From Clostridia bacterium (lineage in GTDB: Bacteria; Bacillota; Clostridia; Oscillospirales; CAG-272), in NCBI GenBank assembly GCA_017482495.1, contig JAFUMU010000083.1:3342-67341 (forward strand): a stretch of 64,000 bases of DNA. The letters are read 5' to 3'. A model generated the notes under the pieces. It had not been told where the DNA came from, ran no database searches, and saw only the letters and a program-made list of their open reading frames with translations. Made by a program: the position numbers and the translations under genes. Numbering within the stretch: position 1 is the first letter of the stretch; each line of letters opens with the position of its first letter. Below are positions 19,194 through 29,543 of the stretch, in pieces.

Positions 19194-19252
19194 ATTTCCT
19201 CCCAAAAAAGCAAAGCGCACATATTTCTAAATGAAATATATGCGCCGTTTTT

Positions 19253-20251
19253 TTATTTATTACCGATAAGGCTAATAAGTGATGAGGGTGCAAGGATGTC
19301 CTCGCCGTAGTAAAGGTCGTACATAAGCATATCTCTGTTGTCCTCGCTGTATTCAATTTCCTTGGAGTAAAGCTTGGCGGCGGAAACGTAGGCCTCAAGA
19401 GTCGTGTCCTCTGCCATAACGGATATCATCAGACATCCTGCCGCGGCAAAGCACACCTTTGAGAGAAGGTCTTCGTCAAAGAGTGCCTTCATAAAATACC
19501 GCCACAAAAAATATACGAATATTCTTGAAAGATATGTGTCGTTTGTTTCCGGTGACTTGCCGTTAAGCGAATTAAGCTTTTCTGTCCATACTTGGTCGAT
19601 GGGCTCAAAACGTGAAAACAATGAGACAAATTCCGAAAAGTCCGCTTCCTGCATCTCGTTATCATAAAACTTGGCTTGCGGAACGCTTCCTACCAGACCT
19701 ATATCCATACAGTCCTGCAGGTCCTCTGCGTAGTTGAGTGATATAGCGATTTTTTCGGCAAAGCTAAGATTTCCTTCAAATATTTCAAAAAGCTTTTTTC
19801 GTGCGTTCTGAAGAAATGCAAGAAGCTTTTCGTTCTCTTCTTCGCCTTCTTCATCTGTTTCCACTTCATAATACTGACCGGAACCCTCAGTGAGTATAAG
19901 CTTTGCCGCCGCCTCACAGCTGAGTCCCACGCCGCCTTCCTTTATATCTCCGTACCAACCGTAGTATCTTGGATGATTGTCGCAGATATAACAAAGATGC
20001 TCACTTCCGAGATTTATGATTATGTCGCAGAGATTGCGCTCGTTGAGAAACGGACATCTCTCTCCGCACAGCTTGAAGCTGCTGTTTTCTATATTATCCC
20101 GAAGCCTTTTACCGAAATCTCCTTTAACCGTATCATAAAATGATTTGGTCGCAGGATCAATATCTATTTCCCAGCCGACACAGCAGTTGTCCGTACAACG
20201 GTCTGCTATGCAGGAGAATTTTTTATAGTACAGTGGATAACGGAGCTTCAT
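19253..20251 (-). CDS. Cys-cluster protein, FliB-like (flagellin lysine-N-methylase family / YkgJ-type)
   Basis: N-terminus FSCIADRCTDNCCVGWEIDID plus CGERCPFLNERNLC. Family assignment is from memory of the motif. No flagellar genes are nearby. Confidence 0.5.
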   Translation of the reverse strand: MKLRYPLYYKKFSCIADRCTDNCCVGWEIDIDPATKSFYDTVKGDFGKRLRDNIENSSFKLCGERCPFLNERNLCDIIINLGSEHLCYICDNHPRYYGWYGDIKEGGVGLSCEAAAKLILTEGSGQYYEVETDEEGEEENEKLLAFLQNARKKLFEIFEGNLSFAEKIAISLNYAEDLQDCMDIGLVGSVPQAKFYDNEMQEADFSEFVSLFSRFEPIDQVWTEKLNSLNGKSPETNDTYLSRIFVYFLWRYFMKALFDEDLLSKVCFAAAGCLMISVMAEDTTLEAYVSAAKLYSKEIEYSEDNRDMLMYDLYYGEDILAPSSLISLIGNK

Positions 20252-20964
20252 TTTGCAAGCCCTTCAAGATAGAGGCACATTTCTTCAAATGTACCGCGTC
20301 TGCAATCTGTTGCGTATTCATCGTTTGGAATAAGACAGTCTGTAACAAGGTAGGTGTCAAGCCCTGCCGCATTTGCCGCATAGGCGTCCTCTCTCTCATC
20401 ATTACCGATCATAAGACAGTCCTCGGGGTCAACCCCCATCCTTTCGCAGATCGAGAGGTAATATTTGGGATTGGGCTTGCAATAGCAGTCGCTGTCGTAG
20501 GAGGTTATAAGGTCGAAGTCATTTTCAGATAGACCGATCCATCAGATTCTTGTAAGCTGACCCTGATGGGGGAAGAAGGGGTTGGTTGCAAGGATCACCT
20601 TGCCCGCCGCCGCTCTTGCCGCCTCCACAGCTCTTCTTGCAAGAGGATTGTCCTTTGTTGCGGCTCTTGCCTTGTGGAACTCTCCTGTGTAATAGCTGTC
20701 GCAAAGCTTCTTTGCCTCTGTTGTGTCTGTGCCGATAATTGCATCGAAGGTCTCCCAGAACACCTCGCCATTCAGCTTTGCGCCGTCATTTTTCACCATT
20801 GCGCCCGTGCCCTTCCAAACGGAGTCCACAATAAGGTTTGCATCAAGCCCTGTAGGGGCAAGGACGGCGCAGAGATTCTTGAAATATGCATTCATAAATG
20901 CGTTCATATCCATGGGGAGAAGTGTTCCGTCAAGGTCGAAAAGTATTGCTTCGTATTTTTTCAT
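20248..20964 (-). pseudogene. HAD-superfamily hydrolase interrupted by one in-frame TGA
   Basis: Track ORFs 20542-20964 and 20248-20439 are in the same frame. Motif I is LFDLDGTLL. TGA at 20542-20544 is followed by WIGLSENDFDLITSYDSDCYCKPNPKYY and motif IV MIGNDERED. Confidence 0.65.
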
Positions 20965-20973
20965 AAATACCTC

Positions 20974-22146
20974 TTATTTTCTTGCAAGATTGGAGATGCC
21001 GCGCTTAAGAGCTGAAAGAAATATATCTATTTCATCTTCAGTGTTTTCGTGGGAAAGGCTGATGCGTACAGATGTGTCTGCTTCGTTTTTAGGAAGACCG
21101 TATGCAAGCAGAGCGGAGCTTGGACCTGAAGAATGAGTTGAGCAGGCGCTTCCTGCTGAAATACATATTCCCTCGCCTGAGAGATAGTTGAGCATGATCT
21201 CACTTCTGATGCCGGGAAGGGTGATGTTTACTATATTGGGTAGATGGCTTTCGGGGATGTTGGGTCGCACTTCAATTTCACCGAGACCGCAGAGAAGCTT
21301 TTCTCGCAGGGCGTTCATTTTTTCGATCCTTGCAGTAAAGCTTTCCTTTCCCTCTGCCGCTGCGGCGCCGAATGCGGCGATGGCGGGGACGTTTTCCGTT
21401 CCGCTTCTGTAATTATCCTCCTGACCGCCGCCGTAGATAATAGGTATGATACGCTTAGCTGTTATCATCTCACGGGTAACGCAAAGTGCGCCTGCGCCCT
21501 TGGGTGAGAATATCTTGTGGGCGCTTACGGAGATAGCATCTGCGGTGAGCGATGTGGGAGTGAATTTTGTTTTCAAAAATGCCTGAACCGCGTCAACATG
21601 GCATACTGCCTTGGGCGATACTGCGCGAATAGCGGAAAATGCACTCTTAACATCGTAAATTGCGCCTGTTTCATTATTTGCCAGCATAAAGGATGCTAAA
21701 ACTGTGTTATTATCTGCATTTTCGCGGATAAAGTCAAGATCAAGAACTCCGCCCCTTGTTGGCACCTTAAGGACGGTAAATCCGTCGTCCTCAAGCTTTT
21801 TTGCGGCGTTTGCAACAGAGGAATGCTCTCCGTCGGAAATAAGTATCTTACCTCGGCTTCCGTTTTTCACCGGTCTTTCCTTTGCATATACGCATCCGAA
21901 TATTGCAAGGTTATTTGCTTCTGTTCCTCCTGAGGTAAAGATAAGTCGGCAGTCATCAGCTCTGCGTACTCCCAAAGCTGATATTATCTGCTTTCTTGCT
22001 TCATTTGTTATTCTTTTTGCCTCGTTACCCATTTTATGAACGGACGAGGGATTTCCCCACGCAACATTCAAAGCCTCTCCCATTTTACGGAGAGAGGCCT
22101 CGGAGGGTTTCGTTGTTGCGCTGTTATCAAGATAAATACAGTTCAT
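20974..22146 (-). CDS. Cysteine desulfurase (NifS/IscS-like class V aminotransferase)
   Basis: Contains YLDNSATT, SVSAHKIFSPKG (PLP Lys) and the active-site loop SAGSACS. Confidence 0.85.
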   Translation of the reverse strand: MNCIYLDNSATTKPSEASLRKMGEALNVAWGNPSSVHKMGNEAKRITNEARKQIISALGVRRADDCRLIFTSGGTEANNLAIFGCVYAKERPVKNGSRGKILISDGEHSSVANAAKKLEDDGFTVLKVPTRGGVLDLDFIRENADNNTVLASFMLANNETGAIYDVKSAFSAIRAVSPKAVCHVDAVQAFLKTKFTPTSLTADAISVSAHKIFSPKGAGALCVTREMITAKRIIPIIYGGGQEDNYRSGTENVPAIAAFGAAAAEGKESFTARIEKMNALREKLLCGLGEIEVRPNIPESHLPNIVNITLPGIRSEIMLNYLSGEGICISAGSACSTHSSGPSSALLAYGLPKNEADTSVRISLSHENTEDEIDIFLSALKRGISNLARK

Positions 22147-22149
22147 TTA

Positions 22150-22680
22150 TTAGTCCTTGAATTCAAAATAGCTTACAACCTCATCAAGTGTTTCAAGATG
22201 AGCTTCATATTTTTCGGGAGTGGATGTGTAGAGCATATAGTAAACGTAGTTGTCCTTCACAACGGCGATGCAGATAAAATTATACTGTTTTTCTGCCAAC
22301 ATGGCTGTGTATGTGAATTTTTTACCGTCAACTCCGCCAAGCTTAGCGTCTTCTGTGGAGAGAAGCTCATAGCTTTCAAATGCTTCGTTAAACTGAGCTT
22401 CATATCCCTTCCACCAATCTTCAACTGTGGAATCCTCAAAATCCATTCCGCCTGCTGTAACAGAGATGCTTGAAGGGTCGCCGGAGGAATGGTATGCGCT
22501 TGTGTAGAGGGTCTGATTATCGATCATCCAGGTGTCGGGAACGTACAGAACGTAGTCGCAGTCGGAGATCGATGCTATTTGATATCCCTTGGGAATTTCG
22601 GACGGTGTCTTATCTCCGCATCCTGCAAGGAAAAGCACAGGTATCATAAGAAGTGCTATAACAGAAAGTATCTTTTTCAT
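22150..22680 (-). CDS. Lipoprotein, unknown function
   Basis: MKKILSVIALLMIPVLFLAGC gives a signal peptide plus lipobox. Confidence 0.6.
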   Translation of the reverse strand: MKKILSVIALLMIPVLFLAGCGDKTPSEIPKGYQIASISDCDYVLYVPDTWMIDNQTLYTSAYHSSGDPSSISVTAGGMDFEDSTVEDWWKGYEAQFNEAFESYELLSTEDAKLGGVDGKKFTYTAMLAEKQYNFICIAVVKDNYVYYMLYTSTPEKYEAHLETLDEVVSYFEFKD

Positions 22681-22691
22681 TTTTCAGCCTC

Positions 22692-23933
22692 TTATTCGTA
22701 AAGGGGATACTTTTCGCAGAGCTTTGTAACCTCGGCACGGATGTAATCTGCCTTTGTTTCAAATTCTGTTGCAGTAAGTGTGATAAGGCGTGCAAGAACT
22801 TCCATATCCTCTTCCTTAAGTCCTCTTGAGGTTACTGCAGGTGTACCGATTCTGATACCGCTTGTAACTGCAGGCTTTTCAGGGTCATTGGGGATAGCAT
22901 TCTCATTAACTGTAATATAAACCTCGTCAAGTCTTCTCTCAAGCTCCTTGCCTGTGATATGCATGGGACGAAGGTCCAGAAGCATAAGGTGATTGTCGGT
23001 TCCGCCTGAAACAAGGTCGAATCCGCCTTCAAGAAGTCCCTTTGCAAGAGCCTTTGCGTTCTTTACGATCTGCTCCTGGTATGCCTTGAATTCGGGCTTA
23101 AGTGCTTCGCCGAAGCAGATAGCCTTAGCCGCGATGATGTGCTCAAGAGGACCGCCCTGCATTCCGGGGAATACTGCCTTGTCTATTGCCTTGGCATATT
23201 CCTCCTTGCAGAGGATAAGGCCGCCGCGGGGCCCGCGGAGAGTTTTGTGAGTTGTTGTTGTAACGATGTCTGCATAGGGTACGGGAGAGGGATGAACGCC
23301 TGCGGCAACAAGACCTGCGATGTGCGCCATATCTACCATGAATATTGCGTCTACCTTCTTTGCGATCTCGGAAATTCTCTTGAAGTCGATAGTTCTTGCA
23401 TAAGCAGATGCTCCTGCAACGATAAGACGGGGACGGGCTTCAAGGGCGATGCGCTCCATCTCGTCATAGTCGATAAAGCCATCCTCGTTTACTCCGTAGG
23501 GAACGAAGTTATAGTTCTTACCGGAGAAGTTAACAGGGCTGCCGTGTGTAAGGTGACCGCCGTGAGCAAGGTTCATACCCATAACTGTGTCGCCGGGGTT
23601 GAGAAGGGAGATATAAACTGCCGTGTTTGCCTGTGCGCCGGAATGGGGCTGAACGTTTGCATGGTCAGCACCGAAAAGCTTGCAGGCACGATCGATCGCG
23701 ATCTGCTCTGTAACATCAACACACTCGCATCCGCCGTAGTAACGGCGTCCGGGATAGCCTTCTGCATACTTGTTTGTAAGAGGTGTACCCATAGCAAGCA
23801 TAACAGCCTCGGAAACTGCGTTTTCACTTGCGATAAGCTCAAGACCTCTCTTCTGTCTCTTGTATTCAGCGTCAATGGATGCGCCCACCTCTGGGTCGTA
23901 TTCCTTAAGCATTTCAATAATATTCTTAATCAT
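22692..23933 (-). CDS. glyA: Serine hydroxymethyltransferase
   Basis: Trimmed to MIKNI. Contains [19 protein letters not shown] and [14 protein letters not shown]. Confidence 0.95.
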   Translation of the reverse strand: MIKNIIEMLKEYDPEVGASIDAEYKRQKRGLELIASENAVSEAVMLAMGTPLTNKYAEGYPGRRYYGGCECVDVTEQIAIDRACKLFGADHANVQPHSGAQANTAVYISLLNPGDTVMGMNLAHGGHLTHGSPVNFSGKNYNFVPYGVNEDGFIDYDEMERIALEARPRLIVAGASAYARTIDFKRISEIAKKVDAIFMVDMAHIAGLVAAGVHPSPVPYADIVTTTTHKTLRGPRGGLILCKEEYAKAIDKAVFPGMQGGPLEHIIAAKAICFGEALKPEFKAYQEQIVKNAKALAKGLLEGGFDLVSGGTDNHLMLLDLRPMHITGKELERRLDEVYITVNENAIPNDPEKPAVTSGIRIGTPAVTSRGLKEEDMEVLARLITLTATEFETKADYIRAEVTKLCEKYPLYE

Positions 23934-24063
23934 TTTTTTATTCCTTTCGGGCATACTATTTATTTATTTTACATCACATTTCCGTCAATTTCAAGGGGAT
24001 TTTGTAAATACATCAGCATTTTTGCGATTTAAAGCATTAAATTTTCGCTTTTTTTAGTAATCA

Positions 24064-24092
24064 TTGACTTTATGGCACTTTGGTTGTATAAT
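24064..24092 (+). promoter_or_regulatory. Sigma-A type promoter
   Basis: TTGACT, 17 bp spacer, TATAAT. Confidence 0.7.
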
Positions 24093-24131
24093 TAATCTGT
24101 ATATTTTTATTTTGTACAAAGGTACGGTTCA

Positions 24132-24686
24132 ATGGTGGATCTTCTTCAGCTTCAGAAGCATTTTATATTAAACCATCTTCACGAAGGCGATGTTGCCTGC
24201 GATTTTACTATGGGCAACGGTCACGACACAGAATTTCTTTCAAAAACTGTGGGCAAAAGCGGAAGCGTTACAGCATTCGACATTCAGCCACTTGCGCTGG
24301 AAAGTACGGCGCGCAATCTCAGAAATGCAGGCTGTCCCGATAACTGGCGACTTATCTGCGCTTCACATCATCTTGCTCCCGAATATGTAAAGGGACCCAT
24401 AAAGGCAGGTATGTTCAATCTGGGATATCTCCCCGGAAGCGGCAACAAGGCGCTAACCACTATGAGGGAAACTACTCTTCCTGCCGTAGAGAATGCACTT
24501 TCAATGCTTGGACGCGACAGTATACTTCTTGTGGCAGTATATCCGGGGCATCCCGAGGGCGCACTTGAAGGTGAAGAGTTGGAAAAATATTTTGCCACAC
24601 TTTCAAGATTCAAAATGAGTATCGGCAAGTTCCGTTTTGTCAATTCACCCACATCTCCCTATTTTATGATAGCGGAAACAAAATAA
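24132..24686 (+). CDS. Class I SAM-dependent methyltransferase (YtqB-like putative RNA methylase)
   Basis: Contains DFTMGNGHDT, FDIQ and NLGYLPG motifs. About 184 aa. Confidence 0.7.
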   Translation: MVDLLQLQKHFILNHLHEGDVACDFTMGNGHDTEFLSKTVGKSGSVTAFDIQPLALESTARNLRNAGCPDNWRLICASHHLAPEYVKGPIKAGMFNLGYLPGSGNKALTTMRETTLPAVENALSMLGRDSILLVAVYPGHPEGALEGEELEKYFATLSRFKMSIGKFRFVNSPTSPYFMIAETK

Positions 24687-24710
24687 CAAGTGAAAGGAGT
24701 GAGATGTTAA

Positions 24711-25784
24711 GTGGAACAGAGAAATAATGTAAACAGAGCATCTCGCTCTGCAGCAAATCCCCCCCCTCAGAGAATGCCCCGTCAGGCACGGCCAGGCGTG
24801 ACCTCCCCCCGACATACCGGCAATACGCCTATGAGAGATCCGAGGGGACAGAAGCCTCAAGGTCAACGTCCTTCACGGCCCATGCAACAGAAAAAAAGAC
24901 CTGCAAACAGCTCACATCCCGCAAATGATAAAGGTCGTTCAGCAAACGCCCCTGTAAGAGAGCGCAGAAATACGCCTTCTGCCGCAGGCAGACAGGGAAG
25001 GCGTCCTGCAGAACAGCAAAAGCAGAGGCGCCCCGCCAATACCCAGCCGAGAAATAACACAGTTCCCCGCGCAAAAAGGAGTAATGAATGGATATATCCC
25101 GAGGGATATACTCCTCCGAAGTCTCAAAATCGTCGTCCTGCCGACAACAGAAGAAAGGCTCCTGCAAAGAAACAGCAGAAGCCTGCGGTAATCGTTGACT
25201 GGAAGCGTGTGGGCAGTATCATTCTGGCAATACTTATAAGATTCCTCATTTGCCTTGCCGCGGTGGTGCTTGTAATGGGCATTGCATACAGGAATATATT
25301 CTATTCGACCATGAAGCCTCCCGTAAAAAACGTTACTTACAAATTTATCACCGTGGAAGGCGAAGGAGACGAGGCTGAAACTCTCACAAACGAAATGGAT
25401 TTCCCATATACCAAGGCATACAGCGGTGACCAAATGCTCATCAGCTTCTCCGAGGTATCCAAATGGCTTGGTACGGCGCAAGTGGGCGATGTATACCAAA
25501 TGAGATTTATTTTGGGTGAGGGCACGGATTCCGACGAAGACGTAGTCTTCCACAATTCCTCCCATAACGCAATTGTAAACGGTTCCATAATCACTATGAA
25601 AGCTCCTGCTCAGTTCAGAAACGGAGAGGTCTGGATACCTGTATCGTTTTTGACCGATTATCTTGTGGGAGTAGAAATAATTCAGACTCCGGAAGCGGCA
25701 ACTCTCAGCCTTTCAGGCGAGCCTGTTTCCTTTATACTCCGCCCATCTCAGCCACTTACACCTGCTGAGCCGCCGGAAGATTGA
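24711..25784 (+). CDS. Membrane-anchored protein with long basic disordered N-terminus
   Basis: GTG start. About 170 aa are rich in R/P/Q/K, then one TM helix (VGSIILAILIRFLICLAAVVLVMGIAY), then an extracytoplasmic domain. Confidence 0.5.
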   Translation: MEQRNNVNRASRSAANPPPQRMPRQARPGVTSPRHTGNTPMRDPRGQKPQGQRPSRPMQQKKRPANSSHPANDKGRSANAPVRERRNTPSAAGRQGRRPAEQQKQRRPANTQPRNNTVPRAKRSNEWIYPEGYTPPKSQNRRPADNRRKAPAKKQQKPAVIVDWKRVGSIILAILIRFLICLAAVVLVMGIAYRNIFYSTMKPPVKNVTYKFITVEGEGDEAETLTNEMDFPYTKAYSGDQMLISFSEVSKWLGTAQVGDVYQMRFILGEGTDSDEDVVFHNSSHNAIVNGSIITMKAPAQFRNGEVWIPVSFLTDYLVGVEIIQTPEAATLSLSGEPVSFILRPSQPLTPAEPPED

Positions 25785-25796
25785 TTTGCAGAAAAT

Positions 25797-27002
25797 ATGA
25801 AATACGATACACTATCTAAAGAACTGTCCCAACGTATAGAGGAGGACAGGCTCAAAGGCAGACAGCCCAAGGTCGGTTTTCCCGATCATATGGCGCTGAG
25901 ACGCCGAATGAATCATGATAAGCCCACTGTGTGGAGACCGGCATTTGTCCGCGACGTAGATAAGATCCTTCACTCAGCCTATTACAGCAGATTTGCCGAC
26001 AAAACTCAAGTCTTTTCCTTCTACAGAAACGACGATATCTCAAGGCGCGCGCTTCACGTTCAGCTTGTATCAAGAATAGCGCGAAGCATAGGAAGCGTTC
26101 TCAATCTCAATCTTGACCTTATAGAGGCTATCGCCCTCGGTCACGATATGGGACATACTCCCTTCGGACACGCAGGCGAGAAATATCTTGACCAGCTTTA
26201 CAGCGGTGCAACAGGACGCCATTTTGCTCACAATGTCCATTCCGTAAGAGTCCTTGACGGTATATATCCCTACAATATGACTCTTCAGACCTTAAACGGT
26301 ATCATCGCTCACAACGGCGAGATGGAATGCGAGATATACCGTCCGAGGGCGCTCTCTTCCTTTGATGAGCTTGACCAGCAGATCGAGTCATGCTACCGCG
26401 ACACAGCAAACTGCGCTCATATTATGCCCTCCACACTTGAAGGATGCGTGGTACGTATATGCGACATCATTGCATATCTGGGCAAGGATAGGCAGGATGC
26501 AGTAAAGGCAGGGCTTATCGGTAAGGAAGAAGATATATTTGAGTATGGGGTAATAGGACGCCATAACGCTGAAATAATCAATAATCTCAGCGTTAACATA
26601 ATTGAAAACAGCTACGGCAAGCACGAGATCAAAATGAGCCGCGATTATTTTGAGGCTCTGCGCGCCGCAAAACGTAACAATTACGAGCGTATCTATCTTT
26701 CCAATGATGTTTCAAAACCGCAAAATGAAATAATCCGACCTATGTTCTGCCGTTTGTATGAAAAACTGGTCAAGGACCTTAAGGAGGATAACAGAACATC
26801 ACCCATATTTGAGCATCATATAATCCCTGTTGACAGCTCCTTCTACAAAAGAGATATCCCCTATAGGGAAACTGATGCCGACACCATAGTTTGCGATTAT
26901 ATCGCTTCTATGACCGATGACTATTTTGTTTGGCTTCATCAGTATCTCTTCCCCCATCTGCCTACGATCGAATATAAGAGCTATTTGGAATTGTCTAAGT
27001 GA
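25797..27002 (+). CDS. HD-domain phosphohydrolase, dGTP triphosphohydrolase-like
   Basis: Contains RALHVQLVSRIARSI and LGHDMGHTPFGHAGE. Confidence 0.8.
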   Translation: MKYDTLSKELSQRIEEDRLKGRQPKVGFPDHMALRRRMNHDKPTVWRPAFVRDVDKILHSAYYSRFADKTQVFSFYRNDDISRRALHVQLVSRIARSIGSVLNLNLDLIEAIALGHDMGHTPFGHAGEKYLDQLYSGATGRHFAHNVHSVRVLDGIYPYNMTLQTLNGIIAHNGEMECEIYRPRALSSFDELDQQIESCYRDTANCAHIMPSTLEGCVVRICDIIAYLGKDRQDAVKAGLIGKEEDIFEYGVIGRHNAEIINNLSVNIIENSYGKHEIKMSRDYFEALRAAKRNNYERIYLSNDVSKPQNEIIRPMFCRLYEKLVKDLKEDNRTSPIFEHHIIPVDSSFYKRDIPYRETDADTIVCDYIASMTDDYFVWLHQYLFPHLPTIEYKSYLELSK

Positions 27003-27012
27003 ATATTTTTGT

Positions 27013-27037
27013 GGGGACTTTTAGTAAGTCCCCTTTT
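27013..27037 (+). terminator. Intrinsic terminator
   Basis: GGGGACTTTTAGTAAGTCCCC followed by a T-run. Confidence 0.7.
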
Positions 27038-27044
27038 GTTTTTT

Positions 27045-27380
27045 GCGGAGGACCTTTTAAGGAAAGGTCCCCCTCGCCCCTCCAAACCTTTTAGTGAAAC
27101 GCTTATTTTGGTGCCTGTGATATTATTCAGCTAAATGGGATTCGGAGCAGATTGCTGTATAAGTCTTCCCGTATGCGACCGCAGGTCGCCGGGAAAAGCA
27201 AAAGGATATAAAAAAAGGAAACGAGCTTCCTTTTTTTATATCCTTTTCTTTTCCTAATCCCAAATGCACAGCATTTGGGCGGGAAGACGCGACATTCAGC
27301 GCATCATATTACATTCACCCTTATTCAAAGTTCTCTGGGGGAGCACGAGGGGGACTCTCTCCGAAAGAGAGTCCCCCTCG
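27045..27380 (+). repeat. Intergenic modular repeat, single-unit copy (L - core - R)
   Basis: L hairpin 27045-27077. Closing helix GTCTTCCCG (27163-27171) / CGGGAAGAC (27280-27288) encloses three hairpins. R module ends with hairpin 27346-27380. Confidence 0.85.
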
Positions 27381-27404
27381 TAAATCATAAAATTCTAAAC
27401 CAAA

Positions 27405-29492
27405 TTAAAACAGTCCGAAGTTAACAACCAGAGCTGCGAACACGATAGAAACCATAGAGAGCAGCTTAATAAGGATGTTGATAGCGGGGCCGGAGGTATC
27501 CTTGAAGGGGTCACCAACAGTATCACCGACAACAGCCGCCTTGTGGCAATCGGAGCCCTTACCACCGTGGTCACCGCCCTCGATATGCTTCTTAGCATTA
27601 TCCCAAGCGCCGCCTGAGTTAGACATAAAAATAGCCATAAGGAAGCCTGTAGCTGTAGCGCCTGCAAGCATACCAACAACGCCTGTGCAACCAAGCAGGA
27701 AGCCTACGGCAATGGGAACAATAACAGCAACGATAGTGGGAAGGATCATTTCGTGGAGGCTGGCCTTGGTACAAAGATCAACACATCTTGCGTAGTCTGC
27801 CTCGCCCTTGCCTTCCATAAGGCCGGGGATCTCCTTGAACTGACGGCGAACCTCAACTACAACGCTCTGTGCAGCCTTACCAACAGATTCCATAGTAAGA
27901 GCCGCGAACACGAAGGGGAGACACGCACCCACAAAAAGACCTATAAGAACGTTGGGATTCATAAGACTGAGGTTAGCGATCTTTTCAGCACCGCCTTCAA
28001 GAGACTGTACCTTTTCAATATATGAAGCCATAAGCGCAAGAGCTGTAAGTGCGGCAGAGCCGATAGCAAAGCCCTTACCTGTAGCTGCAGTAGTGTTGCC
28101 GAGAGCATCCAACGCGTCTGTGCGCTCTCTTACCTCAGGCTCAAGACCTGCCATCTCAGCGATACCTCCTGCGTTATCTGCAACAGGACCGTATGCGTCT
28201 GTTGCAAGAGTGATACCGAGAGTGGAGAGCATACCTACTGCTGCAAGTGCTATTCCGTAAAGACCCATCGATGGGCTGTTTCCGCCGCCTGATACGAAGT
28301 ATGATACCATAACGCAAATAGCAATAATAAGGATGGGGGCTGCAGTTGAAAGCATACCGAGAGAAAGACCGCTGATCATGATAGTTGCGGAACCTGTCTC
28401 AGAGGAATCGGAAAGCTTAATGGTAGGTCTGTATGTATCGGAGGTAAAATATTCTGTGGACTGACCGATAAGCACACCTGCAATAAGACCTGCAAGGATA
28501 GCAAAGTAGATCATCCAGTTTTCACGTCCCAGAACCAACCAAACAAGGGGGAAGGAAAGAATTCCTATAAGAACAGCGGAGAAATTGGTACCTCGGCTGA
28601 GAGCCTTCAGAAGATTCTTCTGACTTGCGCCCTCCTTGGTACGAACAAGGAATGTACCGAAGATGGAGCAAATGATACCAAGTGTCGCAAGAATAAGAGG
28701 AAGAGCCATTGCTGTAATACTGCCGCCGAAAGCAGCAACGCCCAGCGCAGATGCTGAAATAATAGAGCCTACATAGGACTCGTACAGGTCAGCGCCCATT
28801 CCCGCAACGTCACCGACATTGTCGCCAACATTGTCCGCAATAACCGCAGGATTTCTGGGGTCGTCCTCAGGGATACCTGCTTCGACCTTACCTACAAGGT
28901 CTGCACCAACGTCTGCAGCTTTTGTAAAAATACCGCCTCCTACTCTTGCAAAAAGAGCCATGGAGGAAGCACCCATACCAAAGGTAAGCATTGCACCGGT
29001 GATCTCGCTTGCTGTGAGATCGAATACAAACTTAAGCAGGAAGAACCACAGAGAGATATCAAAAAGTCCGAGACCGACTACCGTGAAGCCCATAACGCTT
29101 CCTGCAGAAAATGCAACACGGAGACCGCGGTTAAGACCCTCGCGGCAAGCATTGGCTGTTCTTGCATTGGAAAGAGTGGCTATCTTCATACCAATAAAGC
29201 CGGAAAGTGCTGAGAAAAATCCGCCTGTTACAAATGCGAAGGGAACGAAGGGAGTAAGAAGACCGAAAATCGCCATAACGCCCAGAATAAGAAACATGAC
29301 AGCAAAGAAAACGAGAACTATGGCGTACTGACGTTTGAGATAGGCATTGGCGCCTGCTCTGATAGATGCGGAGATCTTCTGCATCTTTTCTGTACCCTCA
29401 GAAAATTTAAGAACCTTTCTTGCAGTGAACAGCGCAAACAGAAGTGCTGCCGCTGCACCGATGAATGTAAAAATTACAAGATATAATTCCAT
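27405..29492 (-). CDS. hppA: Membrane-bound H+/Na+-translocating pyrophosphatase
   Basis: 695 aa polytopic protein with GGIFTKAADVGADLVGKVE, DNVGDNVGD and DTVGDPFKDT motifs. Confidence 0.95.
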   Translation of the reverse strand: MELYLVIFTFIGAAAALLFALFTARKVLKFSEGTEKMQKISASIRAGANAYLKRQYAIVLVFFAVMFLILGVMAIFGLLTPFVPFAFVTGGFFSALSGFIGMKIATLSNARTANACREGLNRGLRVAFSAGSVMGFTVVGLGLFDISLWFFLLKFVFDLTASEITGAMLTFGMGASSMALFARVGGGIFTKAADVGADLVGKVEAGIPEDDPRNPAVIADNVGDNVGDVAGMGADLYESYVGSIISASALGVAAFGGSITAMALPLILATLGIICSIFGTFLVRTKEGASQKNLLKALSRGTNFSAVLIGILSFPLVWLVLGRENWMIYFAILAGLIAGVLIGQSTEYFTSDTYRPTIKLSDSSETGSATIMISGLSLGMLSTAAPILIIAICVMVSYFVSGGGNSPSMGLYGIALAAVGMLSTLGITLATDAYGPVADNAGGIAEMAGLEPEVRERTDALDALGNTTAATGKGFAIGSAALTALALMASYIEKVQSLEGGAEKIANLSLMNPNVLIGLFVGACLPFVFAALTMESVGKAAQSVVVEVRRQFKEIPGLMEGKGEADYARCVDLCTKASLHEMILPTIVAVIVPIAVGFLLGCTGVVGMLAGATATGFLMAIFMSNSGGAWDNAKKHIEGGDHGGKGSDCHKAAVVGDTVGDPFKDTSGPAINILIKLLSMVSIVFAALVVNFGLF

Positions 29493-29543
29493 ACTGACAT
29501 TACTCCTTTAATATTCAATAGAAGAGTTTTTGCTGTCTGCGTC

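Noticed and set aside
20542-20544. Selenocysteine or alternative genetic code at the in-frame TGA of the HAD gene
   Set aside because: No SECIS-like hairpin follows the codon. HAD hydrolases have no catalytic residue there. Several neighbouring genes clearly terminate at TGA, so code 4 or code 25 is excluded.
23139-24032. 297-aa ORF antisense to glyA
   Set aside because: The opposite strand encodes serine hydroxymethyltransferase. The antisense ORF has no RBS or motifs.
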